From positions 39,773 through 103,772 of the forward strand of contig JAIRMA010000061.1 in assembly GCA_031259085.1 (NCBI GenBank): DNA of 64,000 bases, written 5' to 3'. The stretch comes from Christensenellaceae bacterium. GTDB lineage: Bacteria > Bacillota > Clostridia > Christensenellales > DTU072. Positions 18,597-27,666 of this stretch are shown one piece after another (position 1 is the stretch's first letter; the number at the start of each line of letters is the position of its first letter). The notes under the pieces are model-generated. The model was not told where the DNA came from, did not search any database, and worked only from the letters and a program-made list of their open reading frames with translations. The position numbers were made by a program, and so were the translations under genes.

Positions 18597-19082
18597 ATGA
18601 GCTTTAAGTATTCATTAATTCCTGTTATCATGTGTATTGGGTCGACTAGCTTGATTGGAGACTCCTTAGGCCCGCTTGTTGGAGATATTTTAAGAGAACA
18701 TTATAATATTAATGCCTATGTCTATGGAAGTTTAAAAAGACCTATTAATGGAAATAATTATTTTAGTTATTTAAACTTCATTAATCGAATACACCCTAAT
18801 ACTCTTATAATAGCTGTTGATGCTTGTGTAGGGCTCGACTCTGATATTGGTAAAATAAAGTTTTCTAGGAACGGCGTTAGAGCAGGCGCTGCCATAAAAA
18901 AAAGCTTAGGAAACGTAGGAGACATTGGCATACTTGGCATCGTAGCAAAAAAGGGAGAAAACAACGCACAGGCTTTAGCAACAGCACCTATAGACTTAAT
19001 TAGAAAGACAGCAATTTCTGTTGCTGATTGTGTCTTTAAATTAACAAAAGCGTGGGATATTCTGTTGAAATCAGTGCTTTAA
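18597..19082 (+). CDS. yyaC: Spore protease YyaC (DUF1256)
   Basis: CIGS...GDSLGPLVG, VYGSL..PI, IIAVDACVG, VGDIGILGIV motifs. Confidence 0.88.
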   Translation: MSFKYSLIPVIMCIGSTSLIGDSLGPLVGDILREHYNINAYVYGSLKRPINGNNYFSYLNFINRIHPNTLIIAVDACVGLDSDIGKIKFSRNGVRAGAAIKKSLGNVGDIGILGIVAKKGENNAQALATAPIDLIRKTAISVADCVFKLTKAWDILLKSVL

Positions 19083-19083
19083 A

Positions 19084-20124
19084 TCACCACTTGTTATGAA
19101 CCTTTTCTGTAAAACCTAGTAATCCATCTATGCTAATTTTTGTATTATCATCTAATATTACATGCCCATAGAATTTACCGAATACTTGATGCGATACCAT
19201 TGCTAAAACTCCTATGTCAATAGGCCCCACCTTATCATATACAGGTTCCATTGTTAATTCAACACGATTATCTGAGGATGAAATTATCCACGTCTTTAAG
19301 AATTCATCCGCTCCGTTGCTATCTACAGGTATTTTAAACTCAACGTCCTCAGTTTTATGTCCTATCCCGTTAACAAATATCATATTTTCTGATGCAGCGG
19401 TTGTATTACCAAATCCACAACCCAAATTCCAGGCAATGACATCCCCGTTGGGAAGTTTAGCGCTTAAACTAGACCAAAACCAAGTGCTTTCATATGGCCA
19501 AACTCCACGGCCCCAATCCAGAGTCCCATAAGAATCTTTTGACTCAATTACTATTTTTTTGTCCCCTATCATTACAATGCCAGAAGCCTTCATTGCATTG
19601 ATTTTTTGATTGTAATAAAAATATCCAGGCTTATCAAACGGAGTAGCTATTACCATTGAGTCTCTAGGAAAGTCTGTTAATTTAATATGAAATGCAAGCT
19701 CTTCTTTTTTTTTGCCAAACTTAGGAAATCTTCCCTCTAAGGTTCGCACATTCCCATCGTTTGCAAAGACCATCTCTGTAGAACCACTTTTATACGACAA
19801 ACTGCCCCTTAAACTTGATTGAGGGAGTTTTAATTTGCCCATTGGGAATGTTTTTATACTAGAGGCCTTGATGCCTTCCTTTTTTTCCAGGTCAACAATT
19901 GAAAAACTAGCTACAGCTATGTATCCACAGTCTGAAATGGTGAGATCTATTGAATCATGATCATTTGTTATTATATAGTAATCCCATTCCTTTATTCTGA
20001 TTTTAGGTGCAGTTATATCATTTCTTGAATAGGTCCATACGGGCTTCTTTGCAAATCCAGGTTCTTTTATGTTACCATTCTCTAGTAGTTTTTGAGGTGT
20101 AGTCACCTCATGCATTATCCTCAT
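19084..20124 (-). CDS. DUF2804 domain protein
   Basis: RIKEWDYY, FYYNQKIN, LDWGRGVWPY, WNLGCGFG, HQVFG, EKVHNKW motifs typical of this family. Confidence 0.82.
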   Translation of the reverse strand: MRIMHEVTTPQKLLENGNIKEPGFAKKPVWTYSRNDITAPKIRIKEWDYYIITNDHDSIDLTISDCGYIAVASFSIVDLEKKEGIKASSIKTFPMGKLKLPQSSLRGSLSYKSGSTEMVFANDGNVRTLEGRFPKFGKKKEELAFHIKLTDFPRDSMVIATPFDKPGYFYYNQKINAMKASGIVMIGDKKIVIESKDSYGTLDWGRGVWPYESTWFWSSLSAKLPNGDVIAWNLGCGFGNTTAASENMIFVNGIGHKTEDVEFKIPVDSNGADEFLKTWIISSSDNRVELTMEPVYDKVGPIDIGVLAMVSHQVFGKFYGHVILDDNTKISIDGLLGFTEKVHNKW

Positions 20125-20161
20125 ATCTACATAGCCTCCTTTGATAAGTAGTCTATTATAA

Positions 20162-21181
20162 TTATTCTACAATGTCTTTGAAAAACTTAAGATTTTGTGG
20201 CGTTGGCTCAAGCTCACCGTTCTCAATCCTTTTTACTATTTCAACAACCTTTTCATTGTATGGAACTTCTAGTGATACTGCTTTTGCTAGATCACAGATC
20301 CGTCCGTTAATAGCATTGATTTCGCAAGGTTTTTTCTTAATCAAATCTTGTAGCATGCTAGCTGTAATTGATCGATGTTTTTTTATCGCAATTGGAATTA
20401 ACATAAACCCTATCTTCTGTTTGAATTTAGATGAATAATCTAATAACTTAACAACATCCTTCCCCTGAATCTTAGCGAACTTGACATTGTTAGCATGACC
20501 TACTTTTATGCACTCTTTTATGATTTTTTGTGCATATAGCCTGCTGACCTTATCATCGACAATCTCGCCAAAATTTCGCCCTGTCACAGCAGACAATCCA
20601 GAAAATGCACAGTTAATTAAAAGCTTAGTATATCTTGCTCCGATAAAATTCTTGTCGATCTCAACTGGACCCATTGTCTCGAGAAGTTTTTTTACTAATT
20701 GTACGTGCCGCTCTGGTACACTACCTATGCTCCCCAAAGAAAAAGTGCAAGCCTCCAATTCAGAAGTTAGTTTGGAAACGCCAGGCTCTATCAATTCAGC
20801 ACCCCACGCAATAGCGCATCCCATTGTCTTATCAAGACCCACTACTTTTGCGACATCATACTCAGGTAATCCGTTTTGGATTGTACAAACTACCCCATCC
20901 TTTTCTAGATAATTCGACAGTTTTATTATTGTGTCATCGTTGTTTATTACCTTTGTGGTTAAAAATATCACATCGTACTTACCCACTATTTCGTCTATGG
21001 TTTTTGCATTTACTTTGACTTCTAAATTTACTTTGCCTATAATGCGTGCACCTTTTTCCCTTAAACACTCAACATGTGCCCTGTTTCTATTGATCAAATC
21101 AACAGCAAATCCTGCGCGTGTCATAAATGCTCCTAACACTGTCCCTAGTGATCCTGCCCCATAAATGGCTATTTTTATCAT
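20162..21181 (-). CDS. panE: Ketopantoate reductase family protein (ApbA/PanE)
   Basis: IYGAGSLG Rossmann motif, QNGL, KLLIN, SMLQD...EINAING. Confidence 0.85.
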   Translation of the reverse strand: MIKIAIYGAGSLGTVLGAFMTRAGFAVDLINRNRAHVECLREKGARIIGKVNLEVKVNAKTIDEIVGKYDVIFLTTKVINNDDTIIKLSNYLEKDGVVCTIQNGLPEYDVAKVVGLDKTMGCAIAWGAELIEPGVSKLTSELEACTFSLGSIGSVPERHVQLVKKLLETMGPVEIDKNFIGARYTKLLINCAFSGLSAVTGRNFGEIVDDKVSRLYAQKIIKECIKVGHANNVKFAKIQGKDVVKLLDYSSKFKQKIGFMLIPIAIKKHRSITASMLQDLIKKKPCEINAINGRICDLAKAVSLEVPYNEKVVEIVKRIENGELEPTPQNLKFFKDIVE

Positions 21182-21614
21182 GAGCCCTCCAAATTTCTTT
21201 TGAAATCGATGTTGATAATTTATTTTTAAGAAAACTATATTCTTAACAAATATATCAACTTTTGAATTATTTTAGCAATCAAAAATATTTTTTAAATAGT
21301 ATAGTAGTTTTCTATACAAATTATATCATCAATAATGATTAGAGTCAATATCTCTTGCATTATTAAATTTATTGTTTTTTTAAGATAATCATATTGATTT
21401 TTGCTAAATATATTAATTTTCAGATCGCCATTTCAAAAGTCGTGCAGTTTGTTTGAAATTGGACTAATTTTAGTCTCATACAAGGCACTTTAATGTGTAT
21501 ATATCGTCTAAATAACAATTAAATTCAAAAAGTAATAACTTGACAACTTTAGATTAAATAATATATACTATATTCACTACAGATTTGTAGGTGCGAACAT
21601 CTCGAGGAACTACT

Positions 21615-22769
21615 ATGAAATCTAGGCGATTGGCGGTTTTGGATATCGGATCCGATGTGATTACCCTAATTGTACAGGACAACAAAAATACTAACATTCT
21701 ATACAAAGGGAGCAAAACCTATGCTGGATTTGGCCAGGGTTGGTTCTTTGATGAGGAAGGCTTGTTCAATGCTATTCGTTCATTAACCAGAGAGTGCCGC
21801 ATTATAGCAGGTGCCCCTGAATATATTCTTGTAGGAGTGCCTGGTGAATTTTCTACAGTTGTTTGTAAATATGTATCTACCTCATTTTATACTAAACGCA
21901 TGATTACACCAGATGATGCTGAAGCATTACTTGCACGCGGTGATACATACAAAAAACATACTGCATTCCAATCTATATGCTATTTCCCAATCAATTACAT
22001 TTTAGATAATGGCGAGGAAACAATGTATCCTATAGGTAAAAATTCGGAATCTATAGGTGCCAATGTTTCGTATATTTTAGCCGATCGCCGTTTTATTACA
22101 TTTTTCGATGCGATTGCCAATGTTCTTGATATGAGGTTTGAATTCACTTCAAGTGTGACATCTGAGGTTTTGCATATAATACCTCCTGATATTAGAGATG
22201 AAGGTGTGATCTTGCTAGACATAGGCTATATCTCATCTGTAGTGGCCTTTGCTAAAGGCGACGGGATTATACATATGGCTACTTTCTCATTGGGATTAGG
22301 ACACATAGCAGGATATTTATGGAATTATATTGATATGCCATTTAACCACGCGCTTGCACTCTCACACAAAATAAATCTGAATCTTTGTTCAAACGATGAG
22401 GATACTTATTCTATAACTATAGACAATAAATCCTATGTATATAAAATAAAAACCGTAAACGAGATAGCTTCTTTTGCTATGAGTCTGATTACTAACACTC
22501 TAAAGAATGTGTTGAACGCTAGAGCAGAAATTCCAGCATATACCCCAATACTTTTAACGGGATCTGGGCTATCTGAAACCATCGGTGCTAAGGAATTCAT
22601 TGCTAATGAGACATCTAGGCGTGTGACTATTATACGCCCCGCATCAATTCAGTTTGACAAGCCCTCACAATCATCAATGGTCGGCTTAATGCGCGAGCAA
22701 AAACGCATATATAAAAAACAAAAATCATTTATCAAGAGATTTTTTCAGTCTTTTTGGAGGAATAAATAA
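21615..22769 (+). CDS. ftsA: Cell division protein FtsA (divergent)
   Basis: VLDIGS, LLDIGY, LLTGSG actin-fold motifs; C-terminal amphipathic helix FIKRFFQSFW; directly upstream of ftsZ (TAATG overlap). Start placed at ATG 21615 after GAGG. Confidence 0.85.
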   Translation: MKSRRLAVLDIGSDVITLIVQDNKNTNILYKGSKTYAGFGQGWFFDEEGLFNAIRSLTRECRIIAGAPEYILVGVPGEFSTVVCKYVSTSFYTKRMITPDDAEALLARGDTYKKHTAFQSICYFPINYILDNGEETMYPIGKNSESIGANVSYILADRRFITFFDAIANVLDMRFEFTSSVTSEVLHIIPPDIRDEGVILLDIGYISSVVAFAKGDGIIHMATFSLGLGHIAGYLWNYIDMPFNHALALSHKINLNLCSNDEDTYSITIDNKSYVYKIKTVNEIASFAMSLITNTLKNVLNARAEIPAYTPILLTGSGLSETIGAKEFIANETSRRVTIIRPASIQFDKPSQSSMVGLMREQKRIYKKQKSFIKRFFQSFWRNK

Positions 22770-24052
22770 TGCCAGTAGGTGTTGCTAATATTAAAGTAAT
22801 CGGCGTAGGTGGTGCAGGCAATAATGCAGTTAACCGAATGATTCATGCTGATGTAGATATAAAGAATGCTACATTCATTGCTGCCAACACAGATATGCAA
22901 GCTCTATCTTTGTCTTTGGCCTCAATTAAAATTCAATTAGGTGCCACATTAACAATGGGCCTAGGAGCTGGCGCTGATCCTGAAGTAGGAAAAAGAGCCG
23001 CTGAAGAGAGTATTGATGAAATTCGAGATAGCATTCGTGATGCTAACCTCTTATTCATAACAGCTGGAATGGGTGGGGGCACAGGCACTGGTGCGGCTCC
23101 GGTAATTGCAGAAGTTGCAAAAGACCTTGGGATTTTGACCATCGCTGTTGTGACAAAACCTCTAAATTTCGAGGGCAAGATACGCATGGAGAATGCCATT
23201 GCAGGAATAAACAAACTACGTGAATGCGTGGATACTCTTTTAGTAGTACCAAATGAAAAAGTTAGTGCGTTCGTTGCAGAACATACTTCTCTTTTAAAAG
23301 CATTCCATATTGCTGACGATATTCTAAGACAGGGTATAAAAGGCATCTCAGATATTATATCAACCCCTGCACTCATTAACCTTGATTTTGCTGACATACG
23401 AACTATCATGAAAAACAAGGGGAACGCACATATTGGCACTGGCCGTGGTAAGGGTGATAATAGAACGTTAGACGCAGTTAGACAAGCTGTACAAAGCCCA
23501 TTACTTGAGACTAATATCCAAGGTGCAACTGGCATAATTGTCTATGTGTCAGGTGGAGATTCATTGACACTTGAAGAAGTAAATGAAGCCGTTGGTCTAG
23601 TTCGCGAAGTGGTAGATGAATCAGCAAACATAATTTGGGGAGTAGGTATCGATTCTGGATTAGAAAACGATGTGGCTGTTACCATTATAGCAACAGGCTT
23701 TGGAACTAAACCAGAAAGTCGGTTTATAACAAAACCAATTTTCTCAGAACAACCCTCAAGACCACAATACAAGGAGAAAATGGATTTGTGGTATGGCGGG
23801 GTAGAATCCCAGCCTAGTGAGAGACCACAAACACAACACCCGTCATCAACGCAAGTCCCAGTACAACCACAACCATTGCCACAACAAATTCAACAGCCTC
23901 AATTTGTCACTGCCCCACCAATGCCTAATACCGGAGGGATACTCGAGAACGAAACTGAGAGTATTCAATCTTCAAGAGTGGAAGTCCAGTACAATTATGA
24001 GATCCCTGAATTTTTGAAACGCTTGCAAGAGGAGAAGAATCGTAATCGATAA
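22769..24052 (+). CDS. ftsZ: Cell division protein FtsZ
   Basis: GVGGAGNNAVNRM, GMGGGTGTG, INLDFADI, C-terminal EIPEFL peptide. Confidence 0.99.
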   Translation: MPVGVANIKVIGVGGAGNNAVNRMIHADVDIKNATFIAANTDMQALSLSLASIKIQLGATLTMGLGAGADPEVGKRAAEESIDEIRDSIRDANLLFITAGMGGGTGTGAAPVIAEVAKDLGILTIAVVTKPLNFEGKIRMENAIAGINKLRECVDTLLVVPNEKVSAFVAEHTSLLKAFHIADDILRQGIKGISDIISTPALINLDFADIRTIMKNKGNAHIGTGRGKGDNRTLDAVRQAVQSPLLETNIQGATGIIVYVSGGDSLTLEEVNEAVGLVREVVDESANIIWGVGIDSGLENDVAVTIIATGFGTKPESRFITKPIFSEQPSRPQYKEKMDLWYGGVESQPSERPQTQHPSSTQVPVQPQPLPQQIQQPQFVTAPPMPNTGGILENETESIQSSRVEVQYNYEIPEFLKRLQEEKNRNR

Positions 24053-24133
24053 TACTTGCTGTCTTTTCTTTATATTTAAGGTGGATTTGATTATTCAATA
24101 CTTTATTTTGATTTCCTCCTTTGTTGATATTTT

Positions 24134-24159
24134 AAACCCTCACTTCGTGAGGGTTTTTT
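24134..24159 (+). terminator. Intrinsic terminator after ftsZ
   Basis: AAACCCTCAC-TTC-GTGAGGGTTT followed by T-run. Confidence 0.85.
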
Positions 24160-24179
24160 AATGCGAATTTTGTAGTATT

Positions 24180-24911
24180 ATGTTGATTGATTTTTTGAAC
24201 TGGTTTGCTATCTTCTATCTGATATACCGCTTAGTTGCAATCATGACCAAAGCCCAATTCTCGATATCAAAAACTATATTTATTGCAACTTTAGCAAGTT
24301 TTTCAGAATTGATTTTCCCCTATTGGTCTATACTTACTGTCTATAGCAAATTAGCAACACAGATACTGATAGTTCTTATTATAAAATGGAATTCATTTGA
24401 GCTCAAAAGTGCAATTATTACATTCCTGTCCTTTATGATTATTAAGCTTGCTTGTACTGGTGCATCAAACTTATTTGGAAATGCAGTACCAGCATCAATT
24501 GCAACTTGTGCTGGGATTATAACTGTCTTGTCCGCAATTAAATACCTCTTTTACTATATCCAAAGTTCTGTAAAGAATAGATTTATCTCTAAGGCACACA
24601 TAATTACAAATACAGACGAAATTGCTTGTCGCTTTTTTTATGACACTGGGAATTGCTTGTATGACGATAATAATAATCCTGTTGTAGTAATTTTGACTAA
24701 CTTAGCAACAAAGCTTAACTTAAAGCCTGCAGGACAAATAATGACAAAAACTGTGAATGGTATCAAAATTCTACCATTAGTCGATTTGAGATTGAAGGTA
24801 TATTATAACGATCACAGCCATAAAATATATGATGTACGTGGGGCGTGTAGTAATTATCTGAAACGCCATCATGATATAATTTTACATTCTGACATGGGTT
24901 ATTATGAATAA
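24180..24911 (+). CDS. spoIIGA: Sigma-E processing aspartic protease SpoIIGA
   Basis: Five N-terminal TM segments, catalytic YDTGN motif, KTVNG flap; overlaps sigE start. Confidence 0.88.
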   Translation: MLIDFLNWFAIFYLIYRLVAIMTKAQFSISKTIFIATLASFSELIFPYWSILTVYSKLATQILIVLIIKWNSFELKSAIITFLSFMIIKLACTGASNLFGNAVPASIATCAGIITVLSAIKYLFYYIQSSVKNRFISKAHIITNTDEIACRFFYDTGNCLYDDNNNPVVVILTNLATKLNLKPAGQIMTKTVNGIKILPLVDLRLKVYYNDHSHKIYDVRGACSNYLKRHHDIILHSDMGYYE

Positions 24912-25647
24912 ATTTAATTTTAAAGCAAAGCTCCTATCTCTTGTTGATATCATCAAAAACTTAATAAGACAATACTTTAAAGACGTCAATTCAATTGATT
25001 ATATGATCTCTTTGCCAAATCCTTTAGAGCCAGATGAGGAAGCAAAAATGATCGCTTTAAATGAGACTGGAGATAATAAGGCACGTAATATCTTAATAGA
25101 GCATAATTTAAGGCTCGTGGTTTATATTGCAAAACGATTTGATAATACCGGGATGGATATAGAGGAATTGATATCCGTAGGAACTTGGGGGCTCATAAAA
25201 GCAGTAAAATCATATAATTCAGAAAAAAAAATCAAGCTCGCTACTTATGCTAGTAGATGCATCGAAAATGAAATTCTAATGTTCTTAAGAAAAATGGTCA
25301 GAATAAAAACTGAAGTTAGTATTGACGCTCCAATCAACGCAGATAACGATGGGCATAAACTTTTGTTAAGTGACGTATTAGGAAGTGAGGCTGATCAAAT
25401 ATACCTAGATTTTGAATTAAACGATGAGACAAATACTTTGCGAGAGCTGTTTTCCACTTTGGATAAACGTGATAAGAAAATCATATGCTTAAGATATGGC
25501 CTATTCGGTGTAGAAGAAAAAACTCAAAAAGAAATAGCAGATGAAATGCAGATTTCACAATCATACATAAGTAGACTAGAAAAACGAATAATAGAAAAAC
25601 TAAGGAATGATTTCAATAAAAAAACCACTCCCTCAATCGATATTTAA
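24904..25647 (+). CDS. sigE: RNA polymerase sporulation sigma factor SigE (pro-sigmaE)
   Basis: LIEHNLRLVVYIAKRFDNTG, KIKLATYASRCIENEILMFLR, ISQSYISRLEKRII; N-terminal pro-sequence; follows spoIIGA. Confidence 0.96.
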   Translation: MNKFNFKAKLLSLVDIIKNLIRQYFKDVNSIDYMISLPNPLEPDEEAKMIALNETGDNKARNILIEHNLRLVVYIAKRFDNTGMDIEELISVGTWGLIKAVKSYNSEKKIKLATYASRCIENEILMFLRKMVRIKTEVSIDAPINADNDGHKLLLSDVLGSEADQIYLDFELNDETNTLRELFSTLDKRDKKIICLRYGLFGVEEKTQKEIADEMQISQSYISRLEKRIIEKLRNDFNKKTTPSIDI

Positions 25648-25728
25648 ATATAATTATAGTTAAATAATATCATTTAAATGCTGTTTGTTTAGAATTTTTA
25701 ATAGGAGAAATCATTGTTTTAAAATGCT

Positions 25729-27666
25729 TTATGTTTGCTCAAATTTAATTTCACTTGCCGGAGCATTAGTGTTAACTCCTGCAAACTGGCTTTGATACAA
25801 TTCATAATAGAAACTCCTTTTGGCCATTAAGGATTCATGATTTCCCTGTTCAACAACATCCCCATGGTTCATAACGAGTATGATAGCAGCACTCTTTATT
25901 GTAGATAGTCTATGTGCAATAACAAAGCTGGTACGTCCCTCCATCATTGCAAGCATTGCACTTTGAATATATTTTTCTGTTCGTGTATCAACAGAGCTTG
26001 TTGCCTCATCCAAAATTATAATCTTAGGATTTTTAAGAATCGCCCTGGCAATTGTTAACAACTGCTTCTGTCCTTGACTTATATTAGAGGCATCCTCATT
26101 CAATACTGTATCATAACCATTCTCCATGGTTTCAATAAAAGGATGTGCATAAGCCTTTTGAGCAGCAAGGACTATTTCCTCTCTGGTTGCTTCACTATTT
26201 CCATACGCTATGTTTTCTGCGACAGTCCCGTTAAATAACCATGTGTCTTGTAAAACCATTCCGTATAAGCTTCTTAATGAATCTCTTGTATATTCCTGAA
26301 AGTCAGTCCCGTCAATATATATAGCTCCATTATCTATGTCATAAAATCTCATTAATAAATTAACCAGAGTTGTCTTCCCAGCACCAGTAGGACCTACTAT
26401 TGCTATTGACTCGCCAGCCCTTACCTGTAAGTTCATGTCAGTTATTAGTTTCTTAGTTTTGTCATATGAAAATGCTAAATGCTCTATGTCAATAGCGCCT
26501 GTTATCATTGAAACATCAGTTTTAAGCCCGACCTCACTAGTCATTTCATCGAGATCAAATATCTCAAAAACCCTCTCGGCAGCCGCCATTGCAGTTTGAA
26601 TTGTGTTTGCAATATTGCTTATTTGCTCTATCGGTTGAGCAAAATTTCTTGTGTATTGTAATAACGCTTGTATATCACCAATCGTTATTATACCTTGCCC
26701 AGCCCTGAACCCACCAGATACACAAATTCCTACATAGGCCAAATTATTTATGAATTTTATTGTTGGTAAAATTATCCCGGCTAAAAATTGCGATTTTCTT
26801 GTGGCACTCTTTAATTGCGAGTTAATCGTTTTGTATTTTTCTATACTGTCTTCTTCTCTGTTATATAGTTTTATAATAGAATGTCCAGTATACATTTCTT
26901 CTATATGACCGTTTAATTCGCCGATTCGCTTCTGCTGTTTAGCAAACTCTACTTGTGAGTATTTAATTATAATATTACTTGCGAGCAATAACAATGGTAA
27001 ACTTACAAGCGCAATGATCGATAACAACCAGTCTATCCTTATCATCATTATAAATACACCAATTACTGTCATAACACCCGTTATAATTTGATTAATGCTC
27101 TCTTGTAATGTTATAGACACCATTTCAATATCGTTTGTCACGCGTGATAATATGTCCCCTGTGGGGGTTTGATCAAAATATGCTAGTGCTACTTTATCCA
27201 ATTTGTCTTTCACGTTAATTCTCATTCGTCTAACAACGCGTTGACTCATTACAGCCGCTATTAGACCGCTGGCAAACTGGAATAATGCATTCAAAACATA
27301 TAGCGCAGCACAGGTCCATAATACTGGAGCAATATACGTATTAAGTCTGTTATTGCCTGAAGGGGATATATCTGTAAAAAATTGTAGACTTTCAACTAAC
27401 GCATTTGTTACTTTCTTCATTATATCCGGGACCCAGATTAAAAACCATGACCCGACAGCGGCTAATGCTATCATTAGTAATAGTAGTACAATCTGAGGCT
27501 TTAAATACTTTATCAAACGCTTGAGAGTTCCACCAAAATTTTTGGCCTTTTCAACTGGCTCCAGCGCTTCCGCAGCACTATTAATGCCAAGAGCTCCGCC
27601 TAAATTGAATCCCTTTGATTCTTGTTGTTTTAAATCAGTGAGCTGCTTTTCGTCATATTCACTCAT
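25729..27666 (-). CDS. Heterodimeric ABC exporter subunit B (TM288/EfrB-like)
   Basis: GPTGAGKT, ISQGQKQ (degenerate signature), IILDEATS, IAHRLS. Confidence 0.93.
   Translation of the reverse strand: MSEYDEKQLTDLKQQESKGFNLGGALGINSAAEALEPVEKAKNFGGTLKRLIKYLKPQIVLLLLMIALAAVGSWFLIWVPDIMKKVTNALVESLQFFTDISPSGNNRLNTYIAPVLWTCAALYVLNALFQFASGLIAAVMSQRVVRRMRINVKDKLDKVALAYFDQTPTGDILSRVTNDIEMVSITLQESINQIITGVMTVIGVFIMMIRIDWLLSIIALVSLPLLLLASNIIIKYSQVEFAKQQKRIGELNGHIEEMYTGHSIIKLYNREEDSIEKYKTINSQLKSATRKSQFLAGIILPTIKFINNLAYVGICVSGGFRAGQGIITIGDIQALLQYTRNFAQPIEQISNIANTIQTAMAAAERVFEIFDLDEMTSEVGLKTDVSMITGAIDIEHLAFSYDKTKKLITDMNLQVRAGESIAIVGPTGAGKTTLVNLLMRFYDIDNGAIYIDGTDFQEYTRDSLRSLYGMVLQDTWLFNGTVAENIAYGNSEATREEIVLAAQKAYAHPFIETMENGYDTVLNEDASNISQGQKQLLTIARAILKNPKIIILDEATSSVDTRTEKYIQSAMLAMMEGRTSFVIAHRLSTIKSAAIILVMNHGDVVEQGNHESLMAKRSFYYELYQSQFAGVNTNAPASEIKFEQT

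Noticed and set aside
23780-23940. Q/P-rich low-complexity stretch in FtsZ
   Set aside because: Corresponds to the normal variable disordered linker before the C-terminal peptide.
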